Below the pieces are notes generated by a model. It made no database searches, had not been told where the DNA came from, and was given only the letters and a program-made list of their open reading frames with translations. A stretch of 32,000 nt of DNA from Alkalibacterium sp. (GTDB taxonomy: Bacteria > Bacillota > Bacilli > Lactobacillales > Carnobacteriaceae_A): NCBI GenBank assembly GCA_020832185.1, contig JAFIFE010000023.1, forward strand, positions 249,301 through 281,300. The letters are read 5' to 3'. Positions 8,731 through 18,244 of the stretch are shown in pieces. Made by a program: the position numbers and the translations under genes. Numbering within the stretch: position 1 is the stretch's first letter; each line of letters starts with the position of its first letter.

Positions 8731-8748
8731 ACTACATAGGAGCAACAT

Positions 8749-9501
8749 ATGGAACTTTTACTAGTACTTATCTTTTTCATGTACGGACTGATCTTTGGAT
8801 CGTTTTTTAATGTGGTGGGCCTGCGTGTGCCGACTCAATCTCTTTTCAAAGAGACTCGCTCGTATTGTGATACGTGTGAACGGACATTGACCTGGAAAGA
8901 GCTGATTCCAGTATTTTCGTACCTCATCCAGTGGGGAAAATGCAAGAAATGCCATCAGTCGATTTCCATTCTTTACCCACTAATGGAAATGGGGACAGGT
9001 TTACTTTTTGCCCTTGCTTACTGGCAATTTGGCTGGAGCTATGAGCTAGTGTTGGGGCTGCTGCTTATCAGTTTAGTTATTCCAGTTACTGTGTCTGATA
9101 TTGCCTACAAACGGATCCCAAACCGTTTGCTGCTGTTTTTCGCGCCATTCTTTCTGGTGTACCGCTTTATTTTCCCTTTAAGTCCATTCTGGTTATCTTT
9201 CGCGGGGGCTATGCTGGCATTCTTGATCGTCTTTCTGGTCATCGTTTTATCAAAGGGCGGAATGGGTGTCGGCGACTTAAAATACTTTACATTGTTCGGA
9301 TTTATTTTTGGACCGATTCAGTTTCTCCTTCTCTTTTTCCTGTCGACACTATATGGGACGGTAGGGGGACTAATCACTATGCGCGTCAAGAATGTGGGCA
9401 AACGCACTAAGATCGCTTTCGGTCCCTATATTGGATTGGCTGCTCTGACTGTCTTTTTCATAGGGTATCCACTGATCGACTGGTACCTTACATTATTTTA
9501 A
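8749..9501 (+). CDS. pilD: prepilin peptidase (A24 family, PilD/ComC-like)
   Basis: The N-terminus has two Cys pairs, CDTC...CKKC. The protein is polytopic. It contains GGMGVGDLKYF (the GxGD catalytic Asp motif) and the upstream VSDIAYKRIPN aspartate motif. Confidence 0.92.
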   Translation: MELLLVLIFFMYGLIFGSFFNVVGLRVPTQSLFKETRSYCDTCERTLTWKELIPVFSYLIQWGKCKKCHQSISILYPLMEMGTGLLFALAYWQFGWSYELVLGLLLISLVIPVTVSDIAYKRIPNRLLLFFAPFFLVYRFIFPLSPFWLSFAGAMLAFLIVFLVIVLSKGGMGVGDLKYFTLFGFIFGPIQFLLLFFLSTLYGTVGGLITMRVKNVGKRTKIAFGPYIGLAALTVFFIGYPLIDWYLTLF

Positions 9502-9537
9502 CCCTAACGGTCATTTATCCCTTTTGGAGGAATCAAT

Positions 9538-10611
9538 ATGTTATTAAAAAGCAAACCGTTTTTACTCATTCAGTTTTTGGAACGCAGTATCCGGTACCTC
9601 GTGATGGATGCATCTCGAAAGACTGTTCTTGATAAAAATGAGCTGGTATTTGATACAGCAATTATTCAGGACGGTAAATTAACAAACGTTTCACTACTTG
9701 AAACCCGTCTGGATGCTCTTATAAAAGAAAAGAAATGGAAGAATTCGAAAGTCTCGATCATTTTACCGGATGATTTCGTTACGATTCGTGAAGAGAACAT
9801 TCCCGTTCAGTTATCCAGCAGTGAAATCAAAGATTATTTGAACTTACATATTAATCAGTCCATTCGATTGCCGTTTGATGATCCACGATTTGACTATGAA
9901 GTGATCAGTAAAGATGAAACGACTCAGACAGTCTTCATCGCTGCTTACCCAGGGGAACAGGTAAGAAATTATCTAAGCCTGCTTGAAAATGTGTCTTTAA
10001 AAGCTGAGGTGGCTGATATATCCTCCCTTTGCATGTACCGTGTACTGACTAGTCAAAGTAGCCTGACTTTTTCAGAAGAAGCTCATATCATGATGCTTCA
10101 GTGGAACCCAATCGATTCATCTATTATGGTGTTTCATAAAGGAATCCCTCAATTCAACAGACATACCCGTTCCACTCGCTTAATGGATGCCTGGAATTTG
10201 ACTAAAGATGGACAGTGGGAGTGGAAAGGGGCTGAAAGTGACCTTACAGACTTCCTGGAAGAACAGCTGAATGGTTTAGAACGCTTTATGGAATTTTACC
10301 GTTACTCTGTAATGAATGGGGAAGGAAGCATCAGTGACATTGTCTTGTCCGGCTACTTTCCTAACTTGAACCGCTTAAGTGACATGCTTAGTGACCGGTT
10401 CTCTGTAGCGGTTCACACACTGGACCTTCCTGAAGGGATGACTCAACCCGATGCTGCTTTATACGGACTGTCTTTAAAAGAGAACAAGAAGAAGCGCCCC
10501 TTGTTCAGACAAGAGACTACTCCTGACAAGGCCAGTAAACGCCCCTTCAAGAAACGATGGACACCTAAAGAGTCAGATGATCTGTCAGAAGGAGACGTTG
10601 TAAATGATTGA
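9538..10611 (+). CDS. pilM: type IV pilus assembly protein PilM (actin-like fold)
   Basis: Size, position ahead of the PilN/O-like genes, and a PilM-like N-terminal pattern (VSIILPDDFVTIREENIPVQLSSSEIKDYLNLHINQSIRLPFDDPRFDYEV) support the call. There is an extra Lys/Arg/Pro-rich tail of ~45 aa. Confidence 0.7.
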   Translation: MLLKSKPFLLIQFLERSIRYLVMDASRKTVLDKNELVFDTAIIQDGKLTNVSLLETRLDALIKEKKWKNSKVSIILPDDFVTIREENIPVQLSSSEIKDYLNLHINQSIRLPFDDPRFDYEVISKDETTQTVFIAAYPGEQVRNYLSLLENVSLKAEVADISSLCMYRVLTSQSSLTFSEEAHIMMLQWNPIDSSIMVFHKGIPQFNRHTRSTRLMDAWNLTKDGQWEWKGAESDLTDFLEEQLNGLERFMEFYRYSVMNGEGSISDIVLSGYFPNLNRLSDMLSDRFSVAVHTLDLPEGMTQPDAALYGLSLKENKKKRPLFRQETTPDKASKRPFKKRWTPKESDDLSEGDVVND

Positions 10612-11146
10612 GATTAATTTTTTTGAACGCAAAGAAAAAAATGTTCTTCCTCATTTAATGGTCCTCTTTTTCTTTGTGGGCATTATGGCAATCAGTATTT
10701 ATTTTTTTATGATGCATGGCTTATATACCCGCCAGGATGCGTCAAATCATCAAATGATGCAGCAGCGGTCTGAGGAAGTGGCTTCGTCTAGAGAATTGGA
10801 GCAGATCAACAGGACAACTACTCAAAATTCGGACGCAATCACTGCTCTAGAAAATGATCAGTATCCTATTGTTTTTTTAGCTGAAGATATTGCACGTATT
10901 ATTCCAGAAGATGAAGCAGTTGTTGTTTCATTTCAGTTGACAGAGACGAATGAAGTCCTGCTTCAAATGGATAATACTATGATTGACGATCATTCAGATT
11001 TAATTGCCCATTTTGAGCAAGTCTCCTATATCACACGCGTTCACCTGAATCGACTGGAACAACAGCCAGAGGACGATGGTCAATTCATTATTGATCTTAC
11101 ATTGGATATCGATGAAGGGTTACTGAGAGAGGGGGCAGCAGAATGA
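10604..11146 (+). CDS. PilN-like bitopic pilus alignment protein
   Basis: The N-terminal IEINFF motif resembles the INLLP PilM-binding peptide. It is followed by a single TM helix (LMVLFFFVGIMAISIYFFMM) and a polar region. The gene overlaps the pilM stop by 8 nt. Confidence 0.6.
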   Translation: MIEINFFERKEKNVLPHLMVLFFFVGIMAISIYFFMMHGLYTRQDASNHQMMQQRSEEVASSRELEQINRTTTQNSDAITALENDQYPIVFLAEDIARIIPEDEAVVVSFQLTETNEVLLQMDNTMIDDHSDLIAHFEQVSYITRVHLNRLEQQPEDDGQFIIDLTLDIDEGLLREGAAE

Positions 11147-11691
11147 TTGTAAAATGGACTAGAGAATCATTGCTGGTTTTGCTTACGCTCGTTATGATTC
11201 TTGTCGCTGGTTTTTATTACGGGAACCGTTTGTTTCTCGATCCTGTCAGAGTGACAGCTGATGCGTCTTCTCAAGTAGTTAATGAACAGGAGAGACTGCT
11301 GAGTACTTATCCGCCTTCTGATGCCTTGCGTCAGGAACTCATGGAAAGCTATGAAAGCACCACATTATTCATACCTGATGGTGAACGGATCAATGAAGCG
11401 ACTGTCATGATTGAACAGCTTGCAGAAGATAATGATGTGGCTTTAGGCCAGATGACCCGATTATCTGATAATCAGCCGGTCGAGGGTCTAAGTGAACGAT
11501 TCTTAAAATCGACGTACCAAATTGAATTCATCAGTCCATCAGCAGAAGGGTTACGGTCTATGCTGAATGATCTGAGCAGAGAAGACCGTCTATGGGATAG
11601 TCAGGTTTTCTCTTATCAGCGTGAGACTGATGATGAATTTTCGGGCAGTCTCATTATCGATTTGTACTATCATATCCCTTCATCAAATTAG
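11143..11691 (+). CDS. PilO-like bitopic pilus alignment protein
   Basis: It has a single N-terminal TM helix (LLVLLTLVMILVAGFYY) and a ~150-aa extracytoplasmic domain. It overlaps the PilN-like gene by ATGA. The call rests on context and topology only. Confidence 0.5.
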   Translation: MIVKWTRESLLVLLTLVMILVAGFYYGNRLFLDPVRVTADASSQVVNEQERLLSTYPPSDALRQELMESYESTTLFIPDGERINEATVMIEQLAEDNDVALGQMTRLSDNQPVEGLSERFLKSTYQIEFISPSAEGLRSMLNDLSREDRLWDSQVFSYQRETDDEFSGSLIIDLYYHIPSSN

Positions 11692-11698
11692 AAGACTC

Positions 11699-11738
11699 AA
11701 CAGTTTAAACCGGCTAATGGGTTTAAACTGTTTTTTTC
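11699..11738 (+). terminator. rho-independent terminator ending the pilus locus
   Basis: AACAGTTTAAACC / GGTTTAAACTGTT forms a 13-bp stem with an 8-nt loop, followed by a T7 run. Confidence 0.85.
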
Positions 11739-11807
11739 ATATAGTAAAAAGATGGGAATGTATGATAAGATAAGGAAAACAGAGGGTGGAAAAGAGGGGA
11801 TCCAATC

Positions 11808-13070
11808 GTGTCGTACTCAAGTGAAATGATTGAAGCATTACAAAATGAGAACTTGGCAGAAGCTAACGATTTACTAAATAAAGCCATTGGTTATGATTCA
11901 GATGACGATTTATTTGCATTGATTGAAACTCTTTATGATTTAGGGTTTTTAGAAGAAACGAAGCAAGTCGTGCAGCATTTACTGGCACTTCACCCTGAAG
12001 AAGAGGGATTGAAATTGACCCTGGCTGAGATTTCGATTGAAGAAGGGAATGAACTTGAAGCTTTTGAATGGATCGAACAGTTGAAAGAAGACAGTCCATT
12101 CTATCCGCAGGCGTTACTTGTCGCAGCCGATTATTATCAGGTGCTTGAATTGCCTGAAGTCGCTCAGCAGAAACTTGAAGAAGCCAAAACGCTGCTTCCT
12201 GATGAACCAGTTATCGATTTTGCATTAGGAGAACTTCTCTTTACAGCTGGTAAATACAAGGAAGCCATTACGCATTATGAGCAGCTTATCCTGAAAAATC
12301 AGACGGAGTTTGCCGGAACCAGTTTAAATGCGCGATTAGGAAATGCCTATGCAGCTATTGGGGACCTGGAATCAGCAGTTGATTATCTAAAAGAAGCCAT
12401 CGACTTGCAGGAAACAAGCGATCTTCTGTTCCAGCTGGGACTTGTGTATTTCCAGAAAAAAGACTACGACAAAGCTAATGAGTATTTCTTGAAAGTGAAG
12501 GAAGCTGATCCAAGTTATACGTCAGTTTACACGTATATAGCTAAGGGGTATCTGGAGCAGTCAAATGAAGAATCAGCCTTAAACAGTATAGAAGAAGGGC
12601 TATTTTACGATAAGCAGAATCCGTCCTTGTATGCGATGGGGGCGGCGGCTGCTCAAGAACTTGGACATCTAGAAAAAGCGGATACGTATTACCAGGAAGC
12701 GATCAAGCTCGATCCGGAGAATATAACATTGACACTGGAGTATTCCCAGTTGCTCTTCAACCAGTTAAAGTTTGAAAAAGCGCTGGACATTTTTACTCCT
12801 AAACTTGATAGTGGAGAAGAAGACCCACAGCTGTTCTGGTATGCAGCGATTGCGTACAATGAACAGGAACTGTTTGAAGATGCCCGTGAATTATATGATA
12901 AAGCAGCAATCTATTTATCAGAAAACGCTGAATTTTTAAAAGACTATGCTGTTTTCCTCAGAGAAGACGGCGACCGTGAAGGATTTTTGAATACGGCCAA
13001 AACGTATATCAAAATCAATCCGGATGACGACGAAGTTCGTGAGTGGATTAAGTATGAAGAAGGCTTGTAA
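11808..13070 (+). CDS. tetratricopeptide-repeat protein (YpiA-like)
   Basis: There are multiple TPR-like units (GKYKEAITHYEQLI, GDLESAVDYLKEAIDL, KDYDKANEYFLKVKEADP, GHLEKADTYYQEAIKLDP). It lies directly upstream of a ypiB-like gene, as in B. subtilis. The GTG start is 8 nt after a GAGGGG RBS. Confidence 0.8.
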   Translation: MSYSSEMIEALQNENLAEANDLLNKAIGYDSDDDLFALIETLYDLGFLEETKQVVQHLLALHPEEEGLKLTLAEISIEEGNELEAFEWIEQLKEDSPFYPQALLVAADYYQVLELPEVAQQKLEEAKTLLPDEPVIDFALGELLFTAGKYKEAITHYEQLILKNQTEFAGTSLNARLGNAYAAIGDLESAVDYLKEAIDLQETSDLLFQLGLVYFQKKDYDKANEYFLKVKEADPSYTSVYTYIAKGYLEQSNEESALNSIEEGLFYDKQNPSLYAMGAAAAQELGHLEKADTYYQEAIKLDPENITLTLEYSQLLFNQLKFEKALDIFTPKLDSGEEDPQLFWYAAIAYNEQELFEDARELYDKAAIYLSENAEFLKDYAVFLREDGDREGFLNTAKTYIKINPDDDEVREWIKYEEGL

Positions 13071-13114
13071 GTTTGGTATACTATAGATGAGTATAGATAA
13101 GGAGGGGAGTTTCC

Positions 13115-13684
13115 ATGTATAGTCGCGTACAGTTGAAAGATAAGAAGAAATTTCTAAAATGGTTTTTACAGAGATATCAGATGAAACGTAGAGAATCAAT
13201 GTGGATTTTAAACTATTTACTCAATCATGACATTGTGTTAAATAAGACTAAGTTTGTAGAAGATGCGGATAAAACTCCTCGCGGGATCAAAATGGCAACA
13301 GTTGGCACAGAAGACGACGCGTTCCGGTTTTATAAAGATGGTCAGGAATTTGATCATCCTGAACAGGCATTTCATGAGGTAAGATTGAACTGGCATACAG
13401 ACTTGTATATCGAACTCCTATTTCAGGACTCACTATTGTCTCCTGAGTATGTCGCTATTCTTGAAGATAACCCTTATTCTAAATGGAATGATCGTGTCGG
13501 ACACGACATAGATGAAGAGGTGGATGAAGCCGTTGATGCTTTCTATTTACAGAAGCAGCGTCAGCAGGTCCTTGAAGATATTGACAGAGCCCTTGAAACG
13601 GATAATAGAGATGAGTTTTACTCTCTGGCAAATGACTTGAAAGCTATCGAAGACCAGATGGAAAACAGCGTTTCCTCATCATAA
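13115..13684 (+). CDS. UPF0302 family protein with C-terminal IDEAL domain (YpiB-like)
   Basis: The N-terminus has KKKFLKWFLQRYQMKRRESMWILNYLLNHD. The C-terminus has IDRALETDNRDEFYSLANDL (IDEAL motif). Synteny supports the call. Confidence 0.75.
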   Translation: MYSRVQLKDKKKFLKWFLQRYQMKRRESMWILNYLLNHDIVLNKTKFVEDADKTPRGIKMATVGTEDDAFRFYKDGQEFDHPEQAFHEVRLNWHTDLYIELLFQDSLLSPEYVAILEDNPYSKWNDRVGHDIDEEVDEAVDAFYLQKQRQQVLEDIDRALETDNRDEFYSLANDLKAIEDQMENSVSSS

Positions 13685-13706
13685 GGAGCTATGAAGGAGA
13701 GAACAA

Positions 13707-14048
13707 ATGACTGATATGAAAGAGATGCAAAAAGAAGTCGATGAGTATATCGGTCAGTTTAAGGCCGGGTACTTTTCTCCTTTAGGTCAGCTCGCCCGTT
13801 TAACTGAAGAAGTAGGCGAACTGGCTCGTGAAGTGAATCATCAGTATGGTGAGAAACAGAAAAAAGAAACAGAAGCGGAAAAAAAGGTGGAAGAAGAGTT
13901 AGGCGACGTCTTATTCGTATTAATCAGTCTGGCTAACTCTTTGGACATCGATTTATCTGAATCATTTGATGGCATTATGACAAAGTTTCATAACAGAGAT
14001 GCGTATCGATTTGAGCGCACGGATGGCAAGCAGATAGATGAACGTTAG
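13707..14048 (+). CDS. MazG-like nucleotide pyrophosphohydrolase (YpjD-like)
   Basis: 113 aa with EEVGELAREV and EELGDVLFVLISLAN metal-binding EExxE/D motifs. Confidence 0.8.
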   Translation: MTDMKEMQKEVDEYIGQFKAGYFSPLGQLARLTEEVGELAREVNHQYGEKQKKETEAEKKVEEELGDVLFVLISLANSLDIDLSESFDGIMTKFHNRDAYRFERTDGKQIDER

Positions 14049-14099
14049 ACATAAAGGAGAGAAGGGGTAGGCTTAACTAAGCTGGACTATCCCGACACT

Positions 14100-15311
14100 A
14101 TGACTATGAATGTACCGATCAAAGGTGAATTCAAGAAAGCATTACCTGTTCTGGAAACTTTACAAGAAGCCGGATTTGAAGCTTACTTTGTTGGCGGAAG
14201 TGTGAGAGATGCTTTACTTGGAAAAACAGTAAATGATGTAGACATTGCAACTAGCGCTTTTCCGGAAGAAATCAAGCGGTTATTCAGAAAAACTGTGGAT
14301 GTGGGTATTGAACATGGCACTGTAATGGTTTTAATGGATGATGAAAGCTATGAAGTGACTACATTTCGGACCGAATCGACGTATCAAGATTACAGACGTC
14401 CTGATTCGGTCACTTTTGTGCGCTCTTTAAAAGAAGATTTGAAACGACGAGACTTGACCATTAATGCCTTTGCAATGGATAATGATGGATCAATCCAGGA
14501 CTTTTTTGATGGAGAGAAAGATTTAAAAGAACAAATTATACGAGCAGTGGGAAAACCCGAAGAACGATTCCACGAAGATGCCTTGCGTATGATGCGAGCA
14601 GTCCGCTTCGCGTCACAATTAGGTTTTCAGCTAGAGGCTGATACTTTTTATGCGATCGTTGTCAATGCACCCCTCCTGGAAAATATAGCTGTTGAGCGTA
14701 TTCAAGTTGAGTTTGTAAAAATGGCTATGGGCAACAATGTTCTGCAGGGAATGGAAGCATTCTTTACGACTAACCTATATGAGTACTGTCCTGGGATGAA
14801 ACAAGGGAAAGTGGCTCTACGACGCTTTTCACTAATTCCACGACCTGTAAAAAAAGAGAGACACGTCTGGGCTCTTCTTCTCTATTTCATGGGTGTTCAG
14901 AATATAAAAGAGGGCGCCGCTTTTCTTAAACACTGGAAGCTGTCCAATCAGATGATAAGTGATAGTACAAAATTGCTTGAACTGATGCTTTATCGCCACC
15001 ATTCTCCTTTAAATCCTTACATTGTCTATAAATTTACGCCACCGATCGTCTGGGAAACTGAAGATTTACTTGAACTGCTGAAACTGCCCTTTGATAAACG
15101 AACAGCAGCTCGACTGATTCATACGCTTCCTATACAGTCGCGTGGTGAAATAGATATTAATGGACGGATCATTATGGAAGAAACGAGTAACAGAGGGGGC
15201 CGCTGGCTTGGTGAAGCAATAAGTATGGCAGAAAAAGCCATCGTACTTGGAGCGGTAGATAATGAAAGAGAAGCGATCATCAGCTGGTTGAAAGAAAACA
15301 AATACATGTAA
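14100..15311 (+). CDS. cca: CCA-adding tRNA nucleotidyltransferase
   Basis: Motifs FVGGSVRDALLGKTVNDVDIAT, RRDLTINA and EDALRMMRAVRF, with a size of ~400 aa. The start could be ATG 14100 or 14106, and neither has a clear RBS. Confidence 0.92.
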   Translation: MTMNVPIKGEFKKALPVLETLQEAGFEAYFVGGSVRDALLGKTVNDVDIATSAFPEEIKRLFRKTVDVGIEHGTVMVLMDDESYEVTTFRTESTYQDYRRPDSVTFVRSLKEDLKRRDLTINAFAMDNDGSIQDFFDGEKDLKEQIIRAVGKPEERFHEDALRMMRAVRFASQLGFQLEADTFYAIVVNAPLLENIAVERIQVEFVKMAMGNNVLQGMEAFFTTNLYEYCPGMKQGKVALRRFSLIPRPVKKERHVWALLLYFMGVQNIKEGAAFLKHWKLSNQMISDSTKLLELMLYRHHSPLNPYIVYKFTPPIVWETEDLLELLKLPFDKRTAARLIHTLPIQSRGEIDINGRIIMEETSNRGGRWLGEAISMAEKAIVLGAVDNEREAIISWLKENKYM

Positions 15312-15357
15312 AGCTATCAAGCAGACAGTTTCTGCTTGAGCAGGAAGGAGGGGACAC

Positions 15358-18162
15358 ATGAGAAAAGATCAGTTATACGCCGTTGTGGATATAGAAGCAA
15401 CGGGTGCAAGTATTGGAAGAGATGAGCGTATGATTCAGTTTGCTTGCGTACTGGTAAAAAACAACAAAATCATCGAATCGTTTGATACGTTCGTCAACCC
15501 TTCTCGAAAAGTTAGTCGAACCATTCGCGATTTAACTGGCATCAGTTCCAAGGACTTAGCTACTGCACCGTATTTTGAAGACATTGCCCACATTATCTAC
15601 CAGCTGCTGGAGGATACCATTTTTGTTGCACACAATGTCGGATTTGACTATCAGTTTTTAAATGAGTGCTTTGTAAGAGTGGGGTTGTCCCCGTTAACTG
15701 TTCCGGCTATTGATACAGTTGAAATGTCCCAAATATTATTTCCGCGAGAAAACAGTTACCAGTTGAAAGAACTGACAAGGTCTCTTGGCTATGAGCTCGA
15801 GAATGCTCACAATGCATTATATGATGCCGAAGCAACTGTGTATTTATTGAATAAACTAGATGAAAAAGTTAAACACCTGCCTCTGGTGACTATCGAGTCG
15901 TTAGCTGAATTCTCTAAAGCGACCACTGCTGATACGACACTCTTTTTCAGTGACGCTTTTGAAGAAATGAAAACTGCTCCAGCCGATTTGGATGACGCTC
16001 TGATCATTGTTGAAGGGCTTGCCTTAAGGAAACCTGTCCCGATTGCTGAGCATGTCCTGCATAGAAAAAAACCGGTATATCCGTATACTGAAGAAGAGAA
16101 GCAGCTTGTCCTGGACAAACTTGGCTTGGATAACAGACCCAATCAGTCTGCCATGATGAATACGCTGTTCAACTTTTTCAAACAAGATTTTCCTTCTTAC
16201 AGCCAATTGATCGAAGCAGCCCCAGGAGCAGGGAAAACCTTTGGGTATATGCTTCCAGCTTTTTACTTAGCGACACCTGAAGATAAATGTGTGATTTCTA
16301 CTTACACTAAAGTGCTACAAAAACAGCTGGTAGAAGAGATAATCCCTCATATGAATGCACGTATGGTTTTTAGTCAATCTGTTGCTTTAGCAAAAAGTGG
16401 ATCTCATTATATATCGTTATCCTCTTTTTACAGAAAATGGAGAAACACTGTCGACTCAGATACGGAAGCCTTATTTTGCATGAAAATACTCGTCTGGTTA
16501 ACAGAAACAGATGAGGGGGATTTAGAAGAAATTGGAGTAGGTTCTAGAACACCACACCCTTTCTGGCAGGAAATCAAACCTTCCCAGCGGGTACGTGCAA
16601 TGAAGACTTTCGAATCTGTTGATTTCTTCGCACGAAGACAAAAACGTCTGGAATCATCTGCTATTGTGGTTACAAATCATGCCTATCTTCTAGCTGACTG
16701 GCAAAGTCAGGATCCTGTCCTTGAGTCTGATAATCTCATTCTTGATGAAGCACACCACTTTCCGGATGTAAGTGATCAGAGTGCAACTTTAACGTTAAGG
16801 GCCAACACCCTTTACCGCGATTTAAAGCAGATTGGCTCAATTGATAAGGAAGATTCTTTGTTATACGAGTTGTCACAACAGAAAAGTGATCAAATTAAAG
16901 CTTATCAGATTCAGACACTGGAATCCGTTGCGAGTGTGTTGAGTGAAGAGTGGGAAGACTGGTCGTCTCAGTGGATCGAGTGGTTCAAGCATACTCAGGA
17001 CTATGATCCATCAGTTGTTGAGTGGAAAGAAAAAGCCATCGCTCTTAACAACTTGCCGCTGATTATTAAAAAAGACAGCAAGCGGTTGAAAGCAACTCTT
17101 GATGAATTAGTTTATATTGGAAATCAGATGACCATCATCCTCGAAGATGAACCGGAGGCTCTTTCTAAGGAAGTGAAGCGGTTATTGACTAAGCTTCAAG
17201 TCTTTCTGGATAGAATACAGCTGACATCGGAAACTCTAGACCGGCTCTTTTTCAAAACACAAAAAGGCAGTTTGACTGGAAGTCGCTTTTATTCTAAATC
17301 GCCTACTCAGACTTTGACTTTTTACCGTTTTGATCAGGACATCAAGTCGACTATTCTTCAGAAATTGAACAGCGTCCCGCATTTAGCTCTCACAAGCAGT
17401 ACGTTATCCGTTAAAGGATCGACTCATTATATTCAAAAGGCGCTGGACATCAAAGAAGCGGAATTTTCTTCTTTTGACTCGCCGTATGACTTTGCTCAGC
17501 AGGGACGTATTTTTGTGCCTTCAATAACCGAGTTGACAACACATACACCCAAAGCGGCTTATGCCTCAGAACTGGCTAGTCAGATTGAAAAAATAATTAG
17601 TCACACGCACGAAAATGCACTGATCCTTTTCAGATCTCAAGAAACGATTCAGGCCGTTTATTCTATCCTGCAGAGAAAATCCAAACTGCATCATAAAACG
17701 ATCTTAGCGCAGAACATATCAGGTACGCCTGTAAGAATCGCCAAACAGGTCAAGAAGTCGAAAGAGGTCGTTGTACTTGGATCCGACAGCTTCTGGGAAG
17801 GCGTCGATTTCCCTGAAGACGAACTTCGACTCGTCATTTTAACTAAACTTCCATTCGATTCACCTGATATGCCGCTTGTAAAGAATCGCCATAACCTTCT
17901 TATCGAGGAAGGCTTAAATCCCTTTGTTCATGATCTGCTGCCACGCGCGGTCATGAAATTTAAACAGGGAATCGGTCGACTGATTCGATCAAAAGAGGAT
18001 AAAGGCATTTGGATCATCCTTGATAGACGAGTAGTGGAATCAAGCTACGCGTCTTCATTTATTGAATCATTGCCAGCAGGGTTGTCGATCGAAGAAGAAT
18101 CGATGGAAACCATCCTTACTGAGAGTCAGTCATTCTTCCAATCACTAGAAGATGAAGAATAA
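15358..18162 (+). CDS. dinG: DinG-family protein: N-terminal DnaQ-like 3'-5' exonuclease fused to an SF2 helicase-like domain
   Basis: Exo motifs VVDIEATG, HNVGFDYQFL and HNALYDAEAT. Walker A is APGAGKTFGY and the DEAH box is LDEAHHF. The size is 934 aa. This is the Firmicute-type DinG, with no Fe-S cysteine cluster visible. Confidence 0.92.
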   Translation: MRKDQLYAVVDIEATGASIGRDERMIQFACVLVKNNKIIESFDTFVNPSRKVSRTIRDLTGISSKDLATAPYFEDIAHIIYQLLEDTIFVAHNVGFDYQFLNECFVRVGLSPLTVPAIDTVEMSQILFPRENSYQLKELTRSLGYELENAHNALYDAEATVYLLNKLDEKVKHLPLVTIESLAEFSKATTADTTLFFSDAFEEMKTAPADLDDALIIVEGLALRKPVPIAEHVLHRKKPVYPYTEEEKQLVLDKLGLDNRPNQSAMMNTLFNFFKQDFPSYSQLIEAAPGAGKTFGYMLPAFYLATPEDKCVISTYTKVLQKQLVEEIIPHMNARMVFSQSVALAKSGSHYISLSSFYRKWRNTVDSDTEALFCMKILVWLTETDEGDLEEIGVGSRTPHPFWQEIKPSQRVRAMKTFESVDFFARRQKRLESSAIVVTNHAYLLADWQSQDPVLESDNLILDEAHHFPDVSDQSATLTLRANTLYRDLKQIGSIDKEDSLLYELSQQKSDQIKAYQIQTLESVASVLSEEWEDWSSQWIEWFKHTQDYDPSVVEWKEKAIALNNLPLIIKKDSKRLKATLDELVYIGNQMTIILEDEPEALSKEVKRLLTKLQVFLDRIQLTSETLDRLFFKTQKGSLTGSRFYSKSPTQTLTFYRFDQDIKSTILQKLNSVPHLALTSSTLSVKGSTHYIQKALDIKEAEFSSFDSPYDFAQQGRIFVPSITELTTHTPKAAYASELASQIEKIISHTHENALILFRSQETIQAVYSILQRKSKLHHKTILAQNISGTPVRIAKQVKKSKEVVVLGSDSFWEGVDFPEDELRLVILTKLPFDSPDMPLVKNRHNLLIEEGLNPFVHDLLPRAVMKFKQGIGRLIRSKEDKGIWIILDRRVVESSYASSFIESLPAGLSIEEESMETILTESQSFFQSLEDEE

Positions 18163-18244
18163 CGTGTTGAGTTATTTATTTATCGGGTCTCATTTGCTAT
18201 ACTAGAGAAGTTGATGCAAAAGGAAACAGAATGAGGAGAGTCAC

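Noticed and set aside
1964-11691. Reading the locus as a comG-type competence pseudopilus operon.
   Set aside because: The locus has a PilT retraction ATPase, PilM and PilN/O-like genes, and a large PilX-type subunit. These belong to true type IV pili rather than the ComGA-GG system. A role in DNA uptake is still possible.
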